Shown: positions 33,499 through 41,556 of the stretch, piece by piece
Position numbering within the stretch: position 1 is the first letter of the stretch
Layout: each line of letters starts with the position of its first letter
Source: Thermoplasmata archaeon
GTDB taxonomy: Archaea; Thermoplasmatota; Thermoplasmata; Lutacidiplasmatales; UBA184
Assembly: GCA_035625085.1 (NCBI GenBank)
Contig: DASPQG010000078.1
Span: forward strand, 2,151 to 66,150
Direction of reading: 5' to 3'
DNA length: 64,000 bases
The notes under the pieces: generated by a model
Databases searched by the model: none
What the model was told of the DNA's origin: nothing
Seen by the model: the letters and a program-made list of their open reading frames with translations, nothing else
Program-made: the position numbers and the translations under genes

Positions 33499-36400
33499 GT
33501 GAGTCGTTCACTGGGCCGTCCCTCTCGCTCCGGGGGAACGCGACGCCACGCCCCTGCCCGAATGTCCCAAATCTGGGTCTCGGCCGTCCTGCTGCTGGTC
33601 GTCGTCGGGTCCCTCGGATTGCTCACCGTTCTCGTCGGACCCGGCCTCGGGGCCTCGCCCGGCCCGGCGCGGTCGTCCGGAGCCTCTCCCGCGGCGGCGC
33701 CGCCGACGCACGGAGACCTCGTCGTGCCGGCCGGTCAGACCTACACGATCCAGCCGAACCTGGGGGGCAAGATCTACTACCAGGGCGGCAACATCACCGT
33801 GCAACCGGGCGGCACGTTGAACGTCTGGAACGTCACGCTCTCTTTCGTCCAGTACGTTTCGAACGTCGGGACCGCCCAGGAACGCCTATCGCACCTCTTC
33901 CAGTTCACCGATGGGGGAACCGTCAACTTCTACGACGCGAACCTGACGACCGACGTCCAGGTCCTCAACGCCTACGCGAAGCTGAATCTCACGGTCACCG
34001 GCGTCCTGAACGCCTTCAACGCCACGTTCGGTTTCCCCGGATGGATCTACGTCCACGGTAGCGGCGCCGTGATGACACTGAACGCTTCCCAGATCACCTG
34101 GAACCCCGCGGTTCAGGCGCTCAACGAGCCGCTCCCGATCTTTGGCGACACGCTCTGGGCCCCCACGATCACGGTCTCGGCCGGCGGCAACCTCACCCTC
34201 CTGGCGAGCAAGATCCTCCACCCGTACGCGGACGACACGGCGGCCTTCGGATTCGCTCGACCGACCCCGCTGTTCTTCTCGGACGCGGAAGGGTTCGCGC
34301 TGGGACCCGGCACGACCGACCTGGCCGTGAACGGCCCGTCCGACTCCGCGAACCTGTCGCTCGACTACCTCTACCCGACCGCGGGCGCCTTCAACGGCTA
34401 CATCAGCATCGAGTACCAGGGCGCCGCGAGCGGCGGGGACACGACCGTCAACATCGGCATCCTCTATGGCGGGACGAACTACCCGGTCGCCTCCGGTGTC
34501 GACTTCGCCCAGGCCTCGTCGGCGACGCTCACCTACACGTTCCCGGGGAATCTTGACCAGGCGATCACGTCGGCGGGCATGCTCCAGTACCTCAACAACA
34601 CCGGCGACTTCGGTGTCGCTGGCGAGATCGCGGTCACGGTTGACAACACCGCCGGACCGACCGCGACTGCCACCCAGGCGAGCTTCCAGCTCAACACGAC
34701 GGGGCCGAACTACAACGACCAGGTGATCGACGGGCAAGTCAACGCCGTGAACGCGGCGCTCGGTTTCAACTGGAACTCCTACAACACCACGTCGTACTCC
34801 GTGTACTCCCAGGCCATCCCGTACCCGTGGAACTCGAACAAGCTACTCTTCCTCGACCACTCGGTCGGGTACCTCGCCAATATCACCACCCCGGGCGCCC
34901 CGCTGCCGGGGGTCTTCTACGCTTCCGCCCTGCTCCCCGATAGCACGAGCGTGGTCTACACGTACCGCTGGCTGCAGTTCAACCTCACCGGCCGCGGCGG
35001 GCTGCTACCGATCCAGGGAGCGACGCTCTCGGCGTTCTACGCCTACGATTCGAACCAAGCGAACAACCTCACCGCGACGAAGCTCAACAACCTCAAGACG
35101 AGCGTGCCGGCGATTTGGGGGTACCTCCAGTACTGGGACCTCTACCACGGCGCGCCGAAGTACGGCGATTCGAACGCGGCCGGCCAAGGATTCCTGCTCC
35201 TGCTCTCGGGAAACATCACGAGCGCCTCGCTCCCCGACGGGATCTTCACGGGCACCTACCACGTGGGCATCTCCGTCCCGGCGGTCGGCGTGAAGAGCCA
35301 CTGGTTCGTCTGGTCGGTGAGCGCGTTTCCGGCCGGTGTGGCGGCTTCGAGCCTGTACTACAACGGACCCGATTTCTCACCGCCGCAAGGATTCCCCGAC
35401 TACTACGGGGCGATGACCCTCTTCTCGATGAAGGTGAGCGCGAACGGGCAGCCGCTCCCGAACCTCGGGATCGACCTCGGCCAGACGTTGACCGTCCGCG
35501 TGACCGCGAACGATTCCGGCACCGCGACGATCACGCAGGTGCGCGCGTTCCTCTACTACAACACGACCCAGCTCCCGAACGCGCTGGTGGCCCAGTACGA
35601 GAACACCGCGCTCGACCTCACGACGCCCGGACAGCAGACGTCGTTCAACCTCACCTGGGTCACGACCGACCGGGTCACCGGCCTCCACGGCTGGTTTACG
35701 CACGATATCGCAGTCGTGCTCCAGTGGAACTACAACATCTCCTCGCTCGCGGGCGGTGTGGTGAACACGACCCTCGGGGTGAACTTCGCCCCGTCGCTCA
35801 TCAAGATCACGTACTTCCAGCCGCCGCCGACAACGCTGCAGCTCACCACGTCGCCGCTCTACTTCACCAACGGAACGGTGCTCTACAACGGCACCCAGGC
35901 GGCCACGATCTTCCTCTTCGCGACGGCGCTCGGGACCACGAACGAGATCCAGATCGCGGCGAACACCACCTTCTCCGGCGCGTTCTCGCTTCCGCTCTAC
36001 GCCCTGCAGGGCTACCTCAATCCGGGGACGAGCTACACGCTCACCGTGAGCGCGGAGTACAACCACCGGTGGTTCAACTCCACCGTCCTCGGCCCGAACG
36101 GACAACCGGAAGTCTTCACGGTCCCGAAGGGTCCCACGTCTCCGGCGAGCTTCCTCTTCCAGACGTTCCTTGGACTGCCGGTCTGGCTCTGGATCGCGAT
36201 CGCGGGAGCCGCGGCCGCGGGCATCCTCTTGTTCCTCTTCTTCGCCCGCCGGCAGGCGGCCGGCAAGCTCGTCGAGTGCGGCGAGTGCGGGAATCTGATC
36301 CCCGAGGATGCCACCGTCTGTCCGAAGTGCGGTGCGGAGTTCGAGAGCGATCTCATCCGATGTAGCCGATGTGCCTCGACAATCCCGGCCGATTCGAAGT

Positions 36401-36903
36401 TCTGCCCCGAATGCGCGGCGCAACTTCTGGGTAAGCCCGGCGAGGCCGAGGCCGATCCGGAGAAGCAGGCGTACGCCGACTTCACGGGGAAGTACCGGGC
36501 GGAGGCGAAGCGCGAGCTCGGCGACAACTACACCGAGGGAGCGTTCTGGGACTGGTGGAAGCGCCAGCCGTCGTACACTCCGTTCAGCCAGTGGAGCCTC
36601 CAGCAGGGCCAGGGCACGGCGCGCGCCGGAATGACGGCCCCGCCCACCGGCACCGAGACGACTCCCGAAGCCCCGCTCGGGCAGACTCCGCCGAAGGGCG
36701 GAGCCCCGTCGGGCTGGACCGAGGCCCAGGGCGCGGCGGCGGCCGCGGCGCCCACCAAGGCGCCCCCCCCGCCGCCGCCGACCACGACGACGGTGCCCCC
36801 GCCGGCCCCCGGCGGCGCCGGCCTCAAGGCGTGTCCAAGCTGCGGTAAGGAGATTCCGGCGGAGTATCTGGTCTGCCCGTTCTGTAACGCGGTGACCCAG
36901 TAG
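33499..36903 (+). CDS. giant surface glycoprotein with a single C-proximal TM and a cytoplasmic tail carrying three zinc ribbons
   Basis: 1134-aa ORF. GTG 33499 lies 31 nt after a GTTAAATA box (alternative ATG 33562). N-terminal anchor VSAVLLLVVVGSLGLLTVLV. About 25 N-X-S/T sequons by eye. TM at about 36175..36246. Zinc ribbons follow at 36277..36414 (double) and 36832..36885 (terminal). Confidence 0.85.
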   Translation: MSRSLGRPSRSGGTRRHAPARMSQIWVSAVLLLVVVGSLGLLTVLVGPGLGASPGPARSSGASPAAAPPTHGDLVVPAGQTYTIQPNLGGKIYYQGGNITVQPGGTLNVWNVTLSFVQYVSNVGTAQERLSHLFQFTDGGTVNFYDANLTTDVQVLNAYAKLNLTVTGVLNAFNATFGFPGWIYVHGSGAVMTLNASQITWNPAVQALNEPLPIFGDTLWAPTITVSAGGNLTLLASKILHPYADDTAAFGFARPTPLFFSDAEGFALGPGTTDLAVNGPSDSANLSLDYLYPTAGAFNGYISIEYQGAASGGDTTVNIGILYGGTNYPVASGVDFAQASSATLTYTFPGNLDQAITSAGMLQYLNNTGDFGVAGEIAVTVDNTAGPTATATQASFQLNTTGPNYNDQVIDGQVNAVNAALGFNWNSYNTTSYSVYSQAIPYPWNSNKLLFLDHSVGYLANITTPGAPLPGVFYASALLPDSTSVVYTYRWLQFNLTGRGGLLPIQGATLSAFYAYDSNQANNLTATKLNNLKTSVPAIWGYLQYWDLYHGAPKYGDSNAAGQGFLLLLSGNITSASLPDGIFTGTYHVGISVPAVGVKSHWFVWSVSAFPAGVAASSLYYNGPDFSPPQGFPDYYGAMTLFSMKVSANGQPLPNLGIDLGQTLTVRVTANDSGTATITQVRAFLYYNTTQLPNALVAQYENTALDLTTPGQQTSFNLTWVTTDRVTGLHGWFTHDIAVVLQWNYNISSLAGGVVNTTLGVNFAPSLIKITYFQPPPTTLQLTTSPLYFTNGTVLYNGTQAATIFLFATALGTTNEIQIAANTTFSGAFSLPLYALQGYLNPGTSYTLTVSAEYNHRWFNSTVLGPNGQPEVFTVPKGPTSPASFLFQTFLGLPVWLWIAIAGAAAAGILLFLFFARRQAAGKLVECGECGNLIPEDATVCPKCGAEFESDLIRCSRCASTIPADSKFCPECAAQLLGKPGEAEADPEKQAYADFTGKYRAEAKRELGDNYTEGAFWDWWKRQPSYTPFSQWSLQQGQGTARAGMTAPPTGTETTPEAPLGQTPPKGGAPSGWTEAQGAAAAAAPTKAPPPPPPTTTTVPPPAPGGAGLKACPSCGKEIPAEYLVCPFCNAVTQ

Positions 36904-37000
36904 GCACGCCGCCCGGCCGGTCGAACGCGCCCGGCCAACCCCTTCCCTTCGTTCCGCCCCACCCTTTATCTGGCCCGGCCCATCCGCGGAGCGGGGAGCG

Positions 37001-38236
37001 ATGGCCGGGGATCTCGCTCGAGGTCGCCTGAAGATCGAATGGGCCCGACGGCACATGCCCGTCCTCGAGGGAATTCGTCGCCGGTTCGAAGCGGAGCATC
37101 CGCTCCAGGGCCTCACCGTCTCGGCCGTGCTGCACGTCGAGGCGAAGACCTGCGCGCTGGCCCTGGCGCTCAAGGCCGCGGGCGCGGAGGTGCGCCTCGC
37201 GGCCAGCAACCCCCTCTCTACGGACGACGATGCCGTCGCCGCGGTCCGTGAGGAGGGGGTTCCGACCTGGGCCGTAAAGGGCGAGAGCCTCGTGCAGTAC
37301 CAGGCCGGGGTTCAGGCGGTCCTGGACGCGGACCCGGAGGTCATCGTCGATGACGGCGCGGACCTGGTCGCCCTTGTTCACACCAAGATCGGCCAGCGCG
37401 GGAAGATCCGGGGGTCGACGGAGGAGACGACGACGGGGGTCACCCGCCTGCGCGCCCTCGAGCATTCGGGGAAGCTGCTCTTCCCGGCGATCGACGTGAA
37501 CGACGCCGAGATGAAGCACCTCTTCGACAACCGCTACGGCACCGGCCAATCGACCGTCGACGGGATCCTCTCCGCCACGAACCTGCTGATCGCCGGCAAG
37601 GTCTGCGTGGTCGCGGGCTACGGCTGGTGCGGGAAGGGCGTGGCGGCGCGGCTCCACGGCCTCGGCGCCGAGGTAATCGTCACGGAGGTCGACCCGGTGC
37701 GAGCGATCGAGGCGCGGCTCGACGGGTACCGGGTTCTACCGATGCTCGACGCAGCGCGCGAGGCCGATCTGATCGTCACCGTCACGGGCACCACCGGCGT
37801 GGTCCGGGAGGAGCACTTCCGCGTTCTCAAGGACGGATGCTTGCTCGCGAACTCCGGCCACTTCGACGTCGAGGTGTCGAAGCGAGACCTCGAAGGGATG
37901 GCGGTGAGCCACCGGACCGCGCGGCCGAACGTCGAGGAGTATCGGTTCGCGGACGGGCGGCGGGCGTACCTCCTGGGGGAAGGACGCCTCATCAACCTGG
38001 CCGCGGGCCAGGGGCACCCGGTCGAGATCATGGACCTTTCGTTCGCCCTGCAGGCCCTGAGCGCGGAACATATCGCCAAGCACGGTCTTGAGATGGCGGC
38101 ACGCGTCCACCCCGTCCCGCCCTCGCTCGACCGCGAGGTCGCCCGGGCGGCGCTGGCACCGCTCGGCGTCCGGCTCGAGGAGCGGACGGACGAACAGGTG
38201 AAGTACGCCGCGGCATGGGAGGGAGGAACATCATGA
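37001..38236 (+). CDS. ahcY: adenosylhomocysteinase
   Basis: 411-aa ORF with LKIEWARRHMPVL, ASNPLSTDD, TEETTTGV, NAD motif GYGWCGKGVA and GHFDVE. Confidence 0.94.
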   Translation: MAGDLARGRLKIEWARRHMPVLEGIRRRFEAEHPLQGLTVSAVLHVEAKTCALALALKAAGAEVRLAASNPLSTDDDAVAAVREEGVPTWAVKGESLVQYQAGVQAVLDADPEVIVDDGADLVALVHTKIGQRGKIRGSTEETTTGVTRLRALEHSGKLLFPAIDVNDAEMKHLFDNRYGTGQSTVDGILSATNLLIAGKVCVVAGYGWCGKGVAARLHGLGAEVIVTEVDPVRAIEARLDGYRVLPMLDAAREADLIVTVTGTTGVVREEHFRVLKDGCLLANSGHFDVEVSKRDLEGMAVSHRTARPNVEEYRFADGRRAYLLGEGRLINLAAGQGHPVEIMDLSFALQALSAEHIAKHGLEMAARVHPVPPSLDREVARAALAPLGVRLEERTDEQVKYAAAWEGGTS

Positions 38237-38628
38237 GCGAGGAGAGGGTCCCGAACGACCTGCGGTACACGAAGAGCCACGAGTGGGTGAAGGTCGATGG
38301 GAACGTCGCCACCGTGGGCGTGACCGACCACGCCCAGGCGGCGCTCACCGACATCGTCTTCGTGGACCTTCCCGCCGCCGGGAAGGCCGTCACGAAGGGC
38401 GCCAGCGTCCTCGTCCTCGAGTCAGTGAAGACTGTCGCGGACGTCTACGCGCCGGGGAACGGGACCGTCACCGAGTCGAACGCGGAGCTGAAAGCCCATC
38501 CCGAACTCGTGAACCAGGACCCGTACGGAAAGGGGTGGCTGTACCGCGTCCAGCTCTCGACCCCGATCGCCACGGCGGACCTCCTGAGCGCGGACGAGTA
38601 CCGCGCGTTCGTCGCCTCCGGGAAGTAA
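38233..38628 (+). CDS. gcvH: glycine cleavage system H protein / lipoyl carrier
   Basis: Track ORF 38215..38628 trimmed to ATG 38233 (ATGA overlap with the ahcY stop). It has YTKSHEWVK, lipoyl-Lys motif LESVKTVADVY and DPYGKGWL. Confidence 0.9.
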   Translation: MSEERVPNDLRYTKSHEWVKVDGNVATVGVTDHAQAALTDIVFVDLPAAGKAVTKGASVLVLESVKTVADVYAPGNGTVTESNAELKAHPELVNQDPYGKGWLYRVQLSTPIATADLLSADEYRAFVASGK

Positions 38629-38662
38629 TCCCGCAGCGCCGCCCCGGGGCCGGTCGGCGGAC

Positions 38663-40570
38663 CTACCGGTTCTTGAAGTCGGGCTTCCGCTTCTCGAGGA
38701 ACGCCCTCATCCCCTCGAGCCGGTCCTCGGTGCCGAAGGTGTGGCCCGCCGATTCTCCCTCGATGTAGAGGGCGGTCTCGAGCGGGGCGTCCATCCCTCG
38801 GTCGATCGCCTTCTTGATCCAGCGGACCCCGAGCGGGGCTCGGCTCGCGATCGTCTCCGCGAGCTGGGCGACCTCGTCCCGCGCGGTCGCCGCCGGGACG
38901 ACCTTGGCCACGAACCCCATGCGCAGCGCCTCCTCGGCCGGGACCGGGACTCCGGTGAACGACAGGAGCTTCGTCCGGGCGCGGCCGATGAGCCGGGTGA
39001 GGCGGCTCGCACCACCCATCCCCGAGTGGATGCCGACCGTCACCTCGGGGAGGCCGAGCAGCGACCCCTCGGCGGCCACGATGAAGTCCGCCGCGAGGGC
39101 AATCTCGAGCCCGCCACCGAGTGCGTACCCCTCGACGAGCGCGATCACCGGCGTCGGGAACCGTTCGATCCGGTCGGCCACGCGCTGACCCTGGAAGCCG
39201 AACTCCACTCCCTCGGCGAGACTCTTCGTCTCCATCTCCGCGATGTCGGCCCCCGCCGCGAACACCGGGGACGAGCCGGCCATGACCACGACCCGGAGGC
39301 CGTGCTCCGACTCAAGCGAACGGAACGCTGCGTCGACTTGGTCTAGGAGCGCTGAATTGAGCGCGTTCAACGCCTCGGGACGATCGAGGAGGACCCACGC
39401 CACGGGCCCTTTTCGCTCGACCCGGACGAGCCGCAGGGGCCAGCTCCTCTCGCCCCGCGCGGCTCGAGCCTGGAGCTCCTTCGAGACCGGGAAGTTCCCC
39501 GGCCAGCGGTGAGAGAACTCCTCCACGAGCCTCAGCCCCTCCGGCACGCCGACCGAGGAGAGCTGGGCGAACGGCCCGAACTCCCGGCGCAGCCCGACGG
39601 TGGCGCCGCGATCGGTTGCTTCCGGGGTCGCGACTCCCTCCTCGACGAGCCGTGTGGCGATCCCAATCGTGAGGCCGAGGAACCGCTCGCGGACCGCCGC
39701 CTTCTGAGACGGGTCCACCTCGGTCTCCTTCCACTTCCATGACTGGTTCGACTGGAACTGGGCCTCGAGGAGCTTCGAGGGCGCGTACGCGGGGCCGAAC
39801 GCTCGGTAGAGGCTCGTCTCCGCGTGGAAGGCGATGGGTATCCCGGTCACGTTCATCAGCTCGAACGGACCGAGCGTCGCGCCAAACAGCTCTCGACCGA
39901 CCTCCTCGATCGTGGCGAGGCTCGCCACGTTCTCCTCGGCCAGGCGGGTCGCTTCGTTCAGGTACGGGACGAAGAACCGGTTGACGCAGAACCCGGCCCG
40001 GTCGGCGGTCTCGATCGGGATCTTCCGGATGAGGTATCCGAACCGCTCGAGCTCGGCCATCGTCGCGCTGTCGGTGGCGGACCCCGCGATGATCTCGAGG
40101 AGCTTGTTGACGGCCGCGGGATAGAAGAAGTGGAGACCCGCGAACCGCCCCGGGTTCGGGAATCCCTCGGCGAGCTCGGAGACGGAAAGGGAGGACGTGT
40201 TGGTCGCCACGACGACGTCCCGCCCCACGACCGGAGCGATCTCGGCAAAGAGCGCCGACTTCACCTCTCGGTCCTCGAAGACCGCTTCGATCACGAGGGA
40301 CGCCTCCTTCACGGTCGCCGCGAGGTCGGTCGAGAAGCTGATCCGGGAGAGAATCTTGTCCCGCTGGGCGGGGGACATCTTCTTTCGCTCGATCGCCCCC
40401 GCCAGCATCTTGTCGAGGAACCCGCGCCCGCGGGAGATCGCCGCGTCGTCGACGTCCCGGACCCGGACCGTGAAGCCGGCCTGCGCGCACGTCTGGGCGA
40501 TGCCATTCCCCATGTTCCCGGCGCCGAGCACTGCCACGATCGCCGGGGGTCGCAACGACGGTGTCGACAT
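38663..40570 (-). CDS. fused 3-hydroxyacyl-CoA dehydrogenase (N-terminal) / enoyl-CoA hydratase (C-terminal)
   Basis: Track ORF 38663..40648 trimmed to ATG 40570 (MSTPSLRPPAIVAVLGAGNMGNGIAQ...). The C-terminal half is crotonase-like (VVMAGSSPVFAAGADI, GYALGGGLEIALAADF). Confidence 0.9.
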   Translation of the reverse strand: MSTPSLRPPAIVAVLGAGNMGNGIAQTCAQAGFTVRVRDVDDAAISRGRGFLDKMLAGAIERKKMSPAQRDKILSRISFSTDLAATVKEASLVIEAVFEDREVKSALFAEIAPVVGRDVVVATNTSSLSVSELAEGFPNPGRFAGLHFFYPAAVNKLLEIIAGSATDSATMAELERFGYLIRKIPIETADRAGFCVNRFFVPYLNEATRLAEENVASLATIEEVGRELFGATLGPFELMNVTGIPIAFHAETSLYRAFGPAYAPSKLLEAQFQSNQSWKWKETEVDPSQKAAVRERFLGLTIGIATRLVEEGVATPEATDRGATVGLRREFGPFAQLSSVGVPEGLRLVEEFSHRWPGNFPVSKELQARAARGERSWPLRLVRVERKGPVAWVLLDRPEALNALNSALLDQVDAAFRSLESEHGLRVVVMAGSSPVFAAGADIAEMETKSLAEGVEFGFQGQRVADRIERFPTPVIALVEGYALGGGLEIALAADFIVAAEGSLLGLPEVTVGIHSGMGGASRLTRLIGRARTKLLSFTGVPVPAEEALRMGFVAKVVPAATARDEVAQLAETIASRAPLGVRWIKKAIDRGMDAPLETALYIEGESAGHTFGTEDRLEGMRAFLEKRKPDFKNR

Positions 40571-40710
40571 GGAAGACCACCGAAGCGCCGGTAGACCTCT
40601 CGGCGGCGGAGCAGGGGTGCCGGCTCTTAACCGTTGGGCCTCCGCCACGCCCGCTATCGAGAGCGCGGCCCGACCCTCACATCCCTTAAGGGCCGAGTAC
40701 TGACCCCGGC

Positions 40711-41556
40711 GTGGAGTCCGACCGGTCCGAGCGAGCGATCGAGGCGGCGCTGGACGCCGAGCGGCAGTTCGTGCTGACTCTCGGCGGATTCGCCCTCGAG
40801 GTCGCGGGAGCTTCGCTCGTCACCCACGAGAAGCTTCCCGTTCCTCGCTTCAACTTCGTCCAGGAGCGCGGCGTCGGCCGGGAACGGCAGGCCGCCTTTT
40901 TCGAGCACGCGCTCGATCACTACTTCCAGCGCGCCCTTCGGCCGACCTTTCGGATCCCGCGGCCGGTGCCGGATCACATCGACTCGGGGCTGCGACGTTT
41001 CGGCTTCCGCCCCCGGGAACAACCGCTCGAGCTTCTGCTCTCGGAGAACCGAACCGATTTGGCAGGCCCCTCGGAAGTGGAGGTAGCCGTCGCCCGCCCG
41101 AGCGAACTCGACCTCGTCGCCTCCTTCTGGACCTCCGAACGGGAGCGCCCCGAGTTCCGTTCGGCGCTCGAGATCGCGTGGGCCCATCCGCACCCGAGCG
41201 AGCAGCTCGTGCCGCTCCTCGCCCGGATCGCTGCCGACGTGGTCTCCGCGGCGCTGGTCTACCGGTATCGGAGCACGGCGGGGATCCACGCGGTGGCGAC
41301 CCGGGAGACCGCCCGTGGCCGAGGAGCCGCTTCGGCACTCGTCGCGTTCGCCCTCGGCTCGGCCGTCGCGGGACCCGTCGACGACTACTCGATCTTCGCC
41401 GACTCGCCGAGGCTCGAACGGCGGCTTGAGAGTCTCGGGTTCCGGCCGGCCCGCTCGTTCACCGAGTACGAGCTTCCGCGCACCGCCGAGCTCTCGCTCC
41501 CGCCTCCGGGTCCGCCGAGCGGACCGAAGTGGCGGCCCCCCCGAACCCACGCCTAG
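40711..41556 (+). CDS. GNAT-family N-acetyltransferase (tentative)
   Basis: 281-aa ORF. GTG 40711 lies 25 nt after a CTTAAG box. The acetyl-CoA motif-A-like stretch is IHAVATRETARGRGAASALV. Otherwise unassigned. Confidence 0.55.
   Translation: MESDRSERAIEAALDAERQFVLTLGGFALEVAGASLVTHEKLPVPRFNFVQERGVGRERQAAFFEHALDHYFQRALRPTFRIPRPVPDHIDSGLRRFGFRPREQPLELLLSENRTDLAGPSEVEVAVARPSELDLVASFWTSERERPEFRSALEIAWAHPHPSEQLVPLLARIAADVVSAALVYRYRSTAGIHAVATRETARGRGAASALVAFALGSAVAGPVDDYSIFADSPRLERRLESLGFRPARSFTEYELPRTAELSLPPPGPPSGPKWRPPRTHA

Noticed and set aside
35377-37209. 610-aa minus-strand ORF.
   Set aside because: It lies antisense to the giant surface gene and ahcY, has an Arg/Gly-dominated composition, and shows no motifs.
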